From: Klebsormidium nitens
Lineage: Eukaryota; Plantae; Klebsormidiophyceae
DNA: 64,000 bases
NCBI GenBank assembly: GCA_000708835.1
Contig: DF237267.1
Location: 1 to 64,000, forward strand
Reading direction: 5' to 3'
Of this stretch, positions 1 to 12,680 are shown one piece after another; within the stretch, counting starts at the first letter, position 1, and each line of letters opens with the position of its first letter. A program made the translations under genes and the position numbers. The notes beneath the pieces were generated by a model. It worked only from the letters and a program-made list of their open reading frames with translations. It was not told the origin of the DNA and made no database searches.

Positions 1-490
1 TTCTCAACATAGCCTTGTCGTGAGTTCCAACCATGGAATACTACGTTTTCTGCATGACTACGACTACATCAGCATGTCAGGATTGATTGCGCGGATTAGC
101 CGCGGTAGTTTTTCCATTTCGAGCACGTTAGATTGCGCATGGTCATAGGACCCGAGACGTTACTGACACGACACGTAGCATCACGACATACATGTGTAAA
201 GCAGTTCGATTCTTTGAAGAGGAAAGCAAACGACATTCTGAACGCAATATTGGAGTGGATCAACGGCGGACGTAATTGTTTGGGTAAATGCCTTAACCGC
301 CAGCTGGAATTGGAATTGGTCGTGATTGCTGTTCAAAACCTCTGCAAAAGACGACTCAGATACAACTCAAACGAACTCCCTCCTAGCTAGCTCTCAACCA
401 TCACAACGGCACGTCTGTGTACTTATTACCGGCGGTAGAACTCTCACGCAACAAGAGAAGGCGCTAGCTTGGGTTAAAGACCGGTTGAAG

Positions 491-1967
491 CTAGTGCTTG
501 GCCTTGAGCGCCTCTAGACGGATCCCGGGGAGTGCAAAGAACTCGACGTTGTAGCCGTATGTGGCGAAACCATTGCCGTTGTCGGTCAGGGTGCTCTGAC
601 GTGCGACGCCGGTTGCGCCCGTGTAGATGCCGGTGCCGCCCACGACGGCCAGATCGGTCGGCGTGTTCTCGTAGAGGCCCTATGAAACATTGCCACGTGT
701 CAGCCCGCGAATGAAAGCTCCCAAAAGAAGAATCTACATACACGCGGGTGGTCTTGCCTTGCTTTAGAAGGCTGATCCGAGCTGATGCGTTCAGTTAGTG
801 GCAAACAACCAGATGCCCAGCACGGTAATTTACGTCAATCTTCCTGGACCAAGTAACAATAAATCCACTGAACAATAAGCTCTCGAATTCCGCAAACTTA
901 AACCCAAGGATTACCCGCTCCGCACTCGAATCCACCCTAACCCCCCAAGTAACCCCACCCGTCGATCAGACCAGCACTGTCTTCTTAGTCTTTAAGTCAC
1001 TGCGCTTAGTCTTCAGTACGTTCGATGGAGACTGGTTTTTCGCCAGCACCCTGACGGTCTATAGCTGCATTAGAGATCAGTATCAAGAGCTGATGCGTTC
1101 AGTGCTAGAGAGGGCTCGACCGCGCCCCAGCAGACGCAAGCAAAGTCACTCCACTAAGACAAAGATCCAAGACCGTATTGCATCATGACCAGGATAAAAC
1201 TTGATAATTTTTGGTGCTCCACGTACTACTTAACCAATCAAGACTTTGGGCTCGATCATGGGCTCACAGTGACGGTAAAGGAGCCCTTCTTTAAGATGAA
1301 GGAGAACTCGGTCTCCAGCTTATAGCTGCCTGTCTTGGGGTTGAGACTCTGGGTATAGGTGGCGATCCCCTGGTCGAACCCCAGGCGCTCTCCGGTGTTA
1401 AAGTCCTGAACCTCGTTGCTGCGAAAATAACGAAATGAAAGAATTATTGGCAACAATGCTGAGTCAGTTAATTCGTTGAGCTTTCGAAGAGCGCACTTCG
1501 TTTTCGCACCAAACACGATTAGCTGCATATAGCCCCTGCTGAGCGAGTGGTTCACACGTTAAAAAATTTTCTGGATTCGTTATTGGATTCAAAGCACTCA
1601 GCCAAGGCCCTAACCACGCCAGATAATGATGCTCTCCGCACCTAAACCAAGACCCTAACCCCGCCAGACTACGACGCTCTCCTCGCCTGAATCATGACCA
1701 TGGGCCACGCCAGTCTACGACGCTCTCCGCACCCAAACCCACTAGTCTAACCGCTGAGCCAACCCCGAGAGGTATTGATGAGCTTTAGTGCGCTCACTTG
1801 AACCATTGGATGTCGCCGAAGTTGGTGCCATTGTTCGCCTGCGACTGGGGCGTGGCGATCTCCCTCAGCTGCAGTCTGAACTGCTTGTACTCCAGCTTCT
1901 CCTCAAAGCCGTCCGCGAGCGCTCGCGCGCGCACGCCGGCGAGCAGAAGGGAAAACAGCGCGAGCAT
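491..1967 (-). CDS. Secreted allene oxide cyclase/dirigent-like beta-barrel protein (~170 aa, 3 exons: 1967-1798, 1418-1268, 679-491)
   Basis: GT-AG junctions are phase-consistent. Spliced product: MLALFSLLLAGVRARALA-DGFEEKLEYKQFRLQLREI...GDIQWFNNEVQDFNTGERLGFDQG...ETEFSFILKKGSFTVTGLYENTPTDLAVVGGTGIYTGATG. This aligns strand by strand with AOC (GDLVPFxNKLY...RVGITAG...EATYSF...G.Y...LAITGGxGIFEGAYG) and with the dirigent AVVGGTG motif. The ATG follows a possible acceptor (gtgcag), so a further upstream exon is possible. Confidence 0.75.
779..1103. repeat. 17-bp perfect direct repeat GAGCTGATGCGTTCAGT (779-795 and 1087-1103) in intron 2 of the AOC-like gene
   Basis: Both copies read directly from the sequence; period 308 bp. 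Confidence 0.8.
1614..1740. repeat. Degenerate ~46-bp minisatellite (3 units) in intron 1 of the AOC-like gene
   Basis: The core CGCCAG-x-x-ACGACGCTCTCC(GCACC) recurs about every 46 bp. Confidence 0.6.
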
Positions 1968-4186
1968 CTGCACTCATAGGCAAGATTGTGTCGGACTTGA
2001 AAATGAAGAGCTCGAAAGATGTGCTTCTTGCAGAGAACCCCTAAGTAGGGATGGCAGGTTTTCAAACCCTCACACCAGAGTAGAGTCAACTATCAAAGCA
2101 AGGATGTTAGGCGGTCAAGGACGTAACACAAGGAAAAGAATTCAGAGCAAACAAGCTAGAGTGATAGATTGAAGGATACAGGGAACGAAAACCCACCATA
2201 AGACGGTGGAGCGCCATGTTGCGGGGCAACCTCTGACTTGGTGCGTTTCGATGACCGAGGGAAGAAGAAGGTCCCAAGTGCCTCCGCGCTTGCTAGGAGA
2301 GTGTAGTGAGTCGAAGCCCGCCCAAGAGGCGTATGCTAGCCTGCGTGCTCCACCTGATGAGCCGCACGTGCAAGGCGGTAAAATCCCCCAAAAACAAAGC
2401 AGTGAGTCGAAGTCCCAAGTTGCGCTCAAAGCGAATGCAGAAGTGCCAGAACGGTCCTGCTAACCTGCCTTTTATATCTTCTGATCTCGCTGCGCCGCGG
2501 GGAGGTGCCCTTCAGAGGCCTGACTTCAGTGTCGCCGTAAGAAGCACACCGCGCAGTCTGCGTTTGTGGGCTCCTGTCGGCTACGAACTTCCTGCCACAG
2601 AAGTGTACCGTACTAGCTATACTCGTTGGTGCCACTTTCCAGAGCTCTTAGAAAAGTAGTAATCTAGCCACTTAGGGTTTAGATTGATCATTAGTCCTTA
2701 TTAAATTGAAGTGAGGGACAGATGAGCTTCGAACTTACATATGGTGCATATACTTGACCTTGTTCACCTTTTCGTAAAGGCCCGCAACTTGTTCCATTCT
2801 GATTCCATCCTTTCCCTCCAGATTTCTCCTTCAAGTGTGGGTCAACAGCGAGCTATAAAGGCCCGTTCGAACCAAGTCAAGCCGCCACGTGTTCATGTGA
2901 CTCAGATCACATTGTGCCTTTGCTGTAGTAGCAAAGGTCTGGTAACACCTCGAACTTTATCGCCGCTTTCCCTTGCATAAAAATGGCTCCCAAGAAAGCT
3001 CATCAGATTTAGGTTCGATGCTCGGTGAGGGGGAATTCAAGGGGTCGTTTTGCCTGGGCACATTTCTTCTGCGTTGGAATGTCATTACGAAGGCCTCGAT
3101 TGTGGAGACGCTAGCTAAGTTCAGTACGTTTTGAGCTTTGATCCAAGCATCAGACCTTTAGGTCTCACCAGTAGAAGGCAAACACGTACCAACCGTTTTG
3201 AAACGGCCAGCCACGTGTTACGCTTCCTTTCGCTTTCCGTAATGGGCCTCCGCTTCCTTACTATCCTAGATTCCGATCGGGAATTTCCGGACGGGTGAAA
3301 CCAGACTCCTCTGTGCATACGCTTCATATCTGGCGAAGTACATATTATCGATCCACCTGTCAATGCAAAGCTTTTATTCGCACAAAGAATAGTCACCTTG
3401 GTGGGCAAAGTCCCTTCTTTAACTCGGGCTATCTCATGGTAGGTATATGCTTTTCCGATGCGTTGCGAGACGGCGAATCTTTCGGAAAGGGTCTCTTGCA
3501 GAGCGGCAGATCTGCGTGGCGCTAAATGACGAAGCTAGCTTCGCCTTCATGCGACTATCTCGTAATCGTCATCGGCAGTTCATCGTTTTATGATCGAGAT
3601 AACTTAGAAAAGATAACCCATGATGATTTAGACGAAAGTTTTTAACGGTCACCATGTTGGAGTCTCCGCCCCTAAACAGCAGTAGGTAGTATGAATTGGA
3701 CCGATGATAATATTTTGAGGGGTGAATGATTCCTCCGTGCACTTTCTCAACAGGTTCCTTCTCAATCGGATCTAGGGGACTTCTCTGATCGGACAGATAG
3801 TCGAAGGAGGCCCCTGGAAATCTTTTGCCGGTCTCTCGACGTTCAATTCAGGGCCAAAGCGCACAAGTTGTGAAGAAGAATCACTGCCCATTCTATGAAA
3901 CTTGCACACCGAAAACTTGCATTTACATGATGTTACCAACCTCGGAAGACGTCCCTAAAATGGATCATCTTTTAGGAACCGTGTAGATTCACCCTCCTTT
4001 AGGCTGATCCAGCGAGCCCGTTGACAAGTGAATCAAACGGATCCGAGAATCTCATTCTTTTGCCAAACAGGGACAAGGGTCCTGGTGATTTGGGGATGGT
4101 CTTGATACTCGAATATCATGGAAGAGTCATACGACGAGAGTCGCGTTCTGCGCGCGCCACCAGAGTCTCGCCTTCTCCCGTGCCAG

Positions 4187-5463
4187 TCGCGTATATACGT
4201 CGACCGGGCCACGTTCCTGGCGTCCATCGGCGCCGCGCTGACGTCACTGCTACAGCTGACGTGTACATTGTGCTACGACAAGCACGCCAACGGGCTGACG
4301 TTGGCGGCGCTCCTCCGGTGGAAGCTGGGCAACTCCGCGGTCAAGTTGCACCGCGCGGCCGCGCAGGGCGCGCCGAAACTAAGTGACGTCAGCGGAGGCG
4401 ATGCGAACGGTGAGAATATTGCTGGGCATACTTTTCCTGTGACTGCTCTAATATGCTTCTTTTGAGAGTGGAATGGAACCACTTTTCAAATTTCAGAGAA
4501 GTCTTGCACAGTGCAAAGGCCGTTCAGAGACCGGAGGCCTAATTCCAAGAATGTAGTCGTGGGTTGGTCGTCGGCAAAAAGGCCGGTTTTCGATGAAAGT
4601 AGTGCGACGTCGGCGATCGTCCGTTGGCGGTGTTGATGCTTCGCAGCCTGGCGGGTTCGTTGCTCTTGTCAGGAAGAAGTCGAAACGGGTCAAAGCGCCC
4701 ATCTTCGGATTCTGCCGATCGCAAGCTCGGCTGGGGAAAATGCCTTTCCTGTTCGTCAGCAGTACGCTTGTTGCGTTTAAGATTCTCGTTTTAAAAGACA
4801 ACCACATTTCAAAACGTGTATGAACTGTTGGAGAGCATCAGAAGCGCCACGGATGTTCCCATGTGTATTTCTTCAGTGGGCTCAAAGCGAGAGCCTCTTG
4901 ACTTCGATAGCGGGCCTCGACGCTCTAGAAGTTCCTTGAGCAGACAACGGCTAATGCCCTCTTTTGTTCTGCACAGGAAGGTTTGGCTGCTAACCATATT
5001 CTCTGACCAGTCTTCCGTCTGGTTCTTTTGCCAATAACCGCGTTCCAGCCATCTTGAAAACCTGGTCACTGCTTGAATCTGGTTATGGACAGTTGACCAG
5101 CTTCGAACCAGCCCGTAACCGACCATGCTTAACCGTCAAAAACCCCTGTGCTGGTGAGGGGCCGCCCTTCGGCTGGATTTTCGTGCTAGACTGACTGTCT
5201 CACATTTGATAGATTGGACGTCTCGCACTGTTGAACCTTTCGATAAATGTCGAACCGGGAAGATGACCCGCCACGGCGGCATCTTGACAGATGCAGATTT
5301 CAAGCGTTATCCATTCCCCCCGTGAATCTGACCGGACAGTCTAGTTGCTGAAAACGACCAATGCCAAACCTTTGAACCAATCTATTTGCAGAACTAAAAC
5401 GGAAGGCCTCTGCGCTGTGGGACAGGTTGCCGGTCGAACACCGTGGTGATCCAAGTCCAACCG
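4187..5463 (+). CDS. Probable internal exons of an uncharacterised gene (4187-4409 and 5392-5463; ends unresolved)
   Basis: GC3-rich open frame SRIYVDRATFLASIGAALTSLLQLTCTLCYDKHANGLTLAALLRWKLG...GDAN between ccag| and |gtgag. It joins in phase 1 to (E)LKRKASALWDRLPVEHRGDPSPT between tgcag| and |gtgagc. No family recognised. Confidence 0.4.
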
Positions 5464-7452
5464 GTGAGCGAATCTTTAAGGCTGTTGGTGCGAAATATGA
5501 CCGAGCGAAGAAGGTCCACCCCGGTCTATCTTCGGTTCCTGCTCCGGAATCAAGTCAATCGTTTTCGGATTGAAAAGATGTTAGCAAACTAGCCTTTTTC
5601 GTGAAGCTGGTGGGTGTTACCCGGTGCCAATGACTCTTCTGATTTGCACGATTCTTCGGCCAATGTAGAGAGACACGCTGTCTTTTCCAAGAGAATATTG
5701 AAACGGCTCCTTATAGTACCTACCTCGCAGGCTGCCATGAAGATGCTCTTTAAAACGCATGAAACTCACAATAGTTCTAATTCTCAGACCCACGATGGTT
5801 GAGCTCGATCTCATCACGCCTCATTCCCTTTCCGGTTACAGACTTTCAGCTCTGCACCCATCATCCTCCGCAATCATCTACCCCCCCAAGCGGCCAGGCT
5901 CCAGAAGACGGCTCTGCACCAAAAGGTCGGTCCCTTTTCCAGGCGTTGTAACCCGCCATTGCGCCACGTAACCCTTGGATCGAAATCTCGAGGACTTTGA
6001 CGGTTGCACTGGTGCCGGTTACAGACTTTGTACTGTCCTTCATCCGTATACGTAGTTCACGTCGGGGTCAACAGTTGCATTAGCAAACAGACCCATCTGA
6101 CGCCGCGCTTGAAGTACCTACTCCGAGTTGATTTCGACTGCAGTGATTGTCAAGCGTATTATCTTCCTGACAAATGGTTGCCTGACACCTAGCAGCGACC
6201 CCACTGGATCAGAGCAAGGCAAGCCTTGCAAAGTCTAGTCTTTGAAAATTCTTGGAAGAACCTTCGGACAAACCCGAAGATCGGCGCCGGGCGCCACTTT
6301 TACCCCCTACTGCACACCGTTCGGTCTGATCTGACGCCCTGCTCGGGCCCCCCGCCTAATCACCGCGGAGATAACTTGAGATGTCTTCGACAAAGTCTTC
6401 GACCTGTTGCAGATTTCACAAGCAGTCATACTTACGTCGCTAAGAATCGTGACCATTAAATCCGCGCACTTTGTGATCACGTAGTACGGATTGGCGCTGC
6501 CATTGCTGGCAGTTATTCTTGCCCCTACAGGGCCCCTACGTTCAATGGGCCCCCATCCGGCATGCACGCATACTTGAAGTGAACTTACAGAACGGGACGC
6601 TGCATGCGGTCGCGAATCATGCAGTGCACATGCTTCGATATTGCTGTACGTAAGGCCGGCACGATTCATGGGTTAATTACATGCACGAAACATGATTAAT
6701 AAACTCGCGCCGAGGCTCTGACAGATGGTAGGTAACAAGAGGATATATTCCCTTGTACAAACTGGCTAGCCAAACTTAAGCTCTGTATGATCTATATCTC
6801 ACATGCATGAACGTGCTGCATGCGCATGATCGATATAGATGCACATAATGCGTCATAATTATCATGCATATAATTTTGGCGGCTATCTAGCAGACTACCC
6901 TATCAAGTTTGCTTCTAAAGGATCGATCATTGTGATCGCTTGGTTTCAAATCGTATAGAGTGGTTTCAAATCGTAGTGGAGCTCAATGCAGTGCAATGGA
7001 TTGAACTGACAATGATAGCTACGGCCTTGTCTCATGAGAATGTTACAGTATCAATTGTCACGGTCCGATAGAAGCGAGTCATGTAGCAAGTGTTTGATTA
7101 CAATCTAATGAGATAAACGCACACTCATACACCAAAGAGTTGATTTGAGTTGCCAATTTACAGTGTTTCTTGATCATATGGCGACATATGGTGCACGGAA
7201 TTAATCCGTTGTTCCCATTGGCTGTTTTCATGTACGAGTCAGAAGTTATTAGGCTTTCTAGTCTTTGTTACACCTCAGTCTCTACCGAGCTACACTTTGC
7301 GTCCCTTGGCCAACACACCATCTTCAAACACGCATGTACGTTTATTCATACATGCTTTTACAAGCTTGGAAGAATTGATTGCTATCGACTAATTGAACCT
7401 GCTCGCCGGACTCAATGACGGAACGCTCATCTAGTTTACCTGACTAAGCCTC

Positions 7453-10400
7453 TCAGTCTTGTTGTTCTTTGTCTACCTGCAAGGGGTTATAAACAAAGTT
7501 GAAGATACCTTTTCTTGCATGCATTGGTAGAAGCTTTGCGTGACATTCCTGTTCGTGAAGGACCCACGCACAATCCGAAACTGCTCTCCTTACGAGAGTT
7601 CTCTGACACCTTCTTTAGTGTTGAGAATACCACTAGATGAACATCCATTCGGATGCTGAAAAAGACTGGCCAACGCGTATCGAGCCGGAAAACTCACTTT
7701 CAAGACACTAGCCAGAGACATCGCAAACTGACTACGGCTTTACTTGTCACCGGGGCACTGGTTACTTTCAGCAAGACATTGGTCTTGCGGCAACGGTCAA
7801 CCACGAAGTTTGAGCAAGTCGCTTCAGCGCATGAGAACAACCAACGAAAGAGCTGCTCTTGCACGTCATTGGATGCTTAAAAGCGCGAACGAAAGGCAAA
7901 AGCCAGCAAAAGATGGGACTTTACTAAGCTAGCAAGTTCAAAGGCAACGTGGAAAAAGGATTTTATCCAAAAAGATTGTCCTTATAAGATACCTTACCTT
8001 CTTAGCCATAACTCTGGCAATCGCACTACCAAGGAAGATCTGGAAGAGCTGCCCGATGAGGCCCGGAATGCTAAGTAGACCCTGGGTAGCAATGTTCGGT
8101 GTGATATACGTGATAACAGTAACGGCGACGGGCGCGGACTTTTGGCTCGACATGATGACAACCGCAATTGCCTCAACGAGCGGCAATCGGAGCAACCTGC
8201 AATTTGGAAGAAATTGCAGACCTAAGTGTTGACTTCTAAATCAAGTGATCTTGTAAGAAGCGAGGAGCCCAACACGTTCCGGGCGTCATGTTATCAGTAC
8301 CTATCGGGACTGTCAGCAAAAAGTGGGACACAGGCAAACCATTCAAAGCTGATTGCGTATGCACATCTTCAAAGATTGCGAGGTCTGTGCTAGACGGGAA
8401 TGGCTTAGCCGAAGGAGTTGACAGACAGATTGCCTCGGCGTTATTTCATGTCTTTCAGGGACTGTCATGGATAGTCTGGCTGCTGCAACAGATTTACCTA
8501 TACTTTCTCCGCACTTGTTCCAGTCCAAGGGGTGCTTTCATGACTCACCAAACAGCAGCAACGTTGAAGCCTAGGTAGAAAATGTGTAGACCAATGACGG
8601 CACATACGATGAGCATTACGTCGCCCCCGCTCTGCTTCAGGAGAATGTCCCGGGCACCGCTCAGTGTCTGCCATACTATCAACACCAGGTTACTCGTACT
8701 GAAGAGGCTCAAGGCCACCTTATGTGATTGGACGAAAGTCCGGACACGACTGCTTGTGGAAGAGGCGAACTGCACCAGGGGGAGAAACAAATGAGGGTCG
8801 TTTCCCTTACAGTATGATCAAGTGCCAAATGCAACGTTGGGAGCGTATTTGACGGTTTTTTTGGTCAGAGAACCTAATACCTGTGCCGTTCTGTGAAGCT
8901 CGAAGCGAGATCGAAAAGGTACTTGCGAATTGCGGTTTTCACTCGAAGGAAGATTCCCTCTCGCTGCGTTGGCCTGAAATGCTTCGAGAAGCCTCGAAGG
9001 AAAATTGGGGCCAAACGCACATATGTTCGCTCGTACTTTCGAATGCAAGGGAAGTTTCGACAGGGCGCCTTCGATAATTCTCTCCGAAGAGTGTCGGAAG
9101 ACAGTGCTCAAGTTGCAAAACTCTTAGCTTTGTCATCTAGAATATTCAAGAACCCCTTGTATGAGTTTCCCTGTTTAAAAACTCTGAACAAGTCGTCAGG
9201 AAGCCACCTTCGCAATCGCTCCCAGACACCTATGCATCCCGTAAACCCTTGACGAGGATTCAAGCACCCACCTTTCCGACCAGGGTCGGAACGAGGACCG
9301 TGCAAGTAAGTTTGAAGAACAGATCCAACGCGTCGATGCTAATAGTGCTACTCCCACGAAGTGTTAGCTTCAGCACGTAGGGTACAGTCAAGATGCCCAG
9401 AACGTTGGTCGAGACGGTCAGGAAGAGAGCGAGGGCTTGGTTCCCTTTGGACGCAGCAACTAGTGCGACGCCGACTCCGAGAGTGGTTGGAACAGCGCAG
9501 AAGATAGTGAGACCTGCAGGTATTGAGTAAGCCTTCGTAAATTCCTAGGGAAAAAGCGAACAAGTGGGGATTTGGACAAATCTTGAAAGCTTCATCAGAA
9601 CTGACTGCAAAATGGTACGAGAGTTGGAACTCGGTATCCGAAACAGTTGAACAATTAAACGAAGCAATCGAGAAGGTTCTAAGATCTCGTGAGGACAGCT
9701 TAGAAGATATCCCTTTCGATTCCTGTCAAAATCTGTAAAGTTTAGAGTGCGAGAACCTGTGATATTGCACATACGATATGCTTCAAAACCAAGCACATAG
9801 TAGGAACGGAAATAACAGTAGTTTTGTACACGTAATAAAAGGCAGATGATGCCACCGTCCTTTCCAGTGAGAGTCCCGTGTGCAAATTGCGTTTAACGGA
9901 AAGAAAGCATGGTTTTGATGTTGGACAGCAGATGATAGGTGACGTCTCGACTGGAACGGGGGACGTGAAAGAACTTTGACGAGAATTTGAGGGCTTAGCG
10001 GTTCTGAGAACACCTACTGTAAAGTTCGTGTGCCCTGGAGGCCAAACGAGCATGGTGCGCCAAAATAGAGTGAAGTGAAGAGATTTCGGATCTACTTGGC
10101 TATCTCACCAAAGAGGTGGCATCAGCGCAGTCAGATCAAGAAGGGACACACGCAGTGATTTCGCTCGTACAAGCGACAATATTTTGTGCGGCGTATAAAT
10201 GCTTGGAGTCCGGATGGCAGCAAGCTGAGGGAAGGGTTTATCGGAAACTTTTGCGTACCTTCCGTAAACTCCCTGGGGCGGAACGGGATCTGCTGGGTGA
10301 CAAACCCAACGCAGGGCGTCACCAGGAGGATGGTAACGATGCCATACAGGACGCCGACCCAGTTCTTGAGAGCCTCCTTCAAGTCGTTGGACTTGAGGGT

Positions 10401-11141
10401 GAGGCCGGAGATGAGAAAGACGAGGATGTTGTTGAGGGCTTGGATCACTCGAATGCTGCCAATCTGGGTCAGGGAGAAAGGTGCGATTGAGGATCTTCAC
10501 GAGATGGAAGTGCTTTGGATGTTGAAGCGGCATGGTCCATCTTGGTCAGGTGCAACTCGTTGACTGGACAAAGTATGCTCTCTTACAAACTGGACAAGGA
10601 ATCACAGAAGTTGAAGCGTCTTGAGCAAGAGTCGGAGTCAATCAACTTTGCATGCAGGCAGTCATGAAGTCTTTGAATGTGAAGCGCTGTCTGATGTTTG
10701 ATCGTTATCAAACTTCAAGCACAGCCAGTACGAGGACTTGATTCTGAGATCAAAAATTCCTTGGGCGTTGACGCTATTGAGATACCTACAAACACCTATA
10801 ACTACAATTCCTTTCATCTCTTGTCAAGAAGTGCAGATTTGGTCTCCGGCTTCAGTCTTCATTGAATAGCGCACACCGTACCACCTTTAACAAGCTCCCC
10901 CAGATCCCCATGAATCGATCACACTTCAACTAGAAAAATGTTGCCTGGCCTTGTCAGGTTTACTTCGTCATTTCCATCGTCGCCCAACCTTGTTTTCACT
11001 TTGTTTCAACAAAATGTAACATCAGGCATAGGGTATCTTACCTTCCAACTGGCTACCTCGCGGCCTGGCTGCGGCCAGGAGAGTGCAAATGCGAGGGCGA
11101 ACAGGAATCCCAGGGGCAAAAAGTTGGCGATTACAAATCGT
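7453..11141 (-). CDS. BASS4: Sodium/metabolite (bile acid) cotransporter family protein, BASS4/SLC10A7-like; 5' end lies upstream and is unresolved
   Basis: Exons 11141-11042 (FVIANFLPLGFLFALAFALSWPQPG), 10463-10259 (LVFLISGLTLKS), 9513-9272 (GLTIFCAVPTTLGVGVALVAASKGNQALALFLTV), 8769-8549, 8196-7998 (SQKSAPVAVTVI...IPGLIGQLFQIFLGS) and 7476-7453. Junctions are phase-consistent. PTT and QKS motifs are typical of the SBF-like family. Confidence 0.88.
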
Positions 11142-12680
11142 CTGCAGTTAAAGTCAATATCTTAAGTCAATATCTTTTGTCTCTTACGAGAATATCCAGA
11201 TAACTCTCTGTATACACATAAGAAGAGCTTGAGTTCAGGACTTTGAGGGAACCATCATGACAGTGTGGTTCAATCCAGGTTCCATCGATACAGGGAAAGG
11301 GAAAGGAGTGTTGCCATGTTCTGTTGTTAAATATCGCATTGCCCGACGTGACAACTTGATGTAAGACGATGGGCAAACGACCGTTTATTGTGTTGTGATG
11401 CAAAAGGCACTACGGCGGAAGAGCCGTTGGAGGGGTGTCTGCGGTTTGAAGAGTTGCACGAAACAAAGGCAGCGAGGGCCATTTACCACTTCCCAGCGAG
11501 TTGACATCGACGACCTTAGAGCCACAGAGAATATCTACAAGAACAGCAATAGACACTGCCAATGAGGTGCCGGAAGCTGATATATTAGGAGCAGCATTCC
11601 TTCTTCCCCATCATCAATATCCTGGCTTGCACTTCCATTGTGTTTGCCACTGACTTTCTCATTTTTGTTGTGCGATCTCCGGCCCCTATTGAGACAGAGG
11701 ACTTGATGATGCAGACAACAGCTGAAGCAGAGTTGCACATTTCACAATGACAGCAAGCAAGCAGGTGATACTAATGTGGCTGGATAATTTGCCTGACCTG
11801 ATTGTGTTTCCAGACGGCAGCCAGCTCTTTGCTCTTCCACAATGTGGGACCTGCGACTCCCCTCCACCGGCCTCTTCATCTGGCTTGTCAATGCCATCTT
11901 GCAGCCGGGAGGTTGGTCCTTGCTCTACATCCAGCGCCAGCCGCAGAACTTGGCTCCCGATCTCTGTTTGGGGCGATGGAATCAAGATGGTACTTGTTCT
12001 TGTTTCTGCCATTCCTACAAGTCAGCTTCCTAACACTGCGTTCACCGCTCAGGACCTGACTTGGTTCCTCTGTGTCTGGCAGCCAGCTCGCCTTAATTGT
12101 TTCTGGTGGTTGAAAGAGGACCTTCTCAAATCGTATCTCCACTTTCATCCCTTGTCGCTTACGCCGCGTCTGTGGTGCTGGAAACAAATAGGGCTCGAGG
12201 TTATCTGAGCTCCTTGCACCCCGCAAACATCAGCTAAAGCAGTCTCCAGCTACAGTAGAGCAATGCGGCACAAACAAGGGCGCTTGAAACATTACTAACA
12301 ATGAACATAGCAGCTGAAGTGCAGAGGCCGCGGAGTTCAAACCAGTAGAGTGATGACCAGGTGCAGGCCCCCAGAGACAAAGCCGCCACTTCCGCGCGCA
12401 AGCGCGCTCGAATGAATCAGGTCATTTTGAACCGTCGATGCTCCCCTGATTAGTCACGTGGGAAAGGATCGAAGGGCTTGTAGCCTTGGAGGGTTTAAGA
12501 GGTGCGCGGCCGCGCGTTCTTGAACAGCCGACAGTTCATGTAGCGTCTCTCCCGGAGTTCTTTAACTTGGTAGGATACTAATCCAAGTCAGGCTCAGCGC
12601 CTTCGTTTGCGCGAGACTTGTTCCTTGACGCTTGTCCGAAAGATCAGAAAGACTGAAGAAGAGGGACGCAGCGTAGCGCC

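Noticed and set aside
6924-6975. Small hairpin CGATCA-TTG-TGATCG and 15-bp duplication TGGTTTCAAATCGTA as a MITE end or CRISPR-like repeat
   Set aside because: Only two copies, no partner terminus or TSD, and a eukaryotic context.
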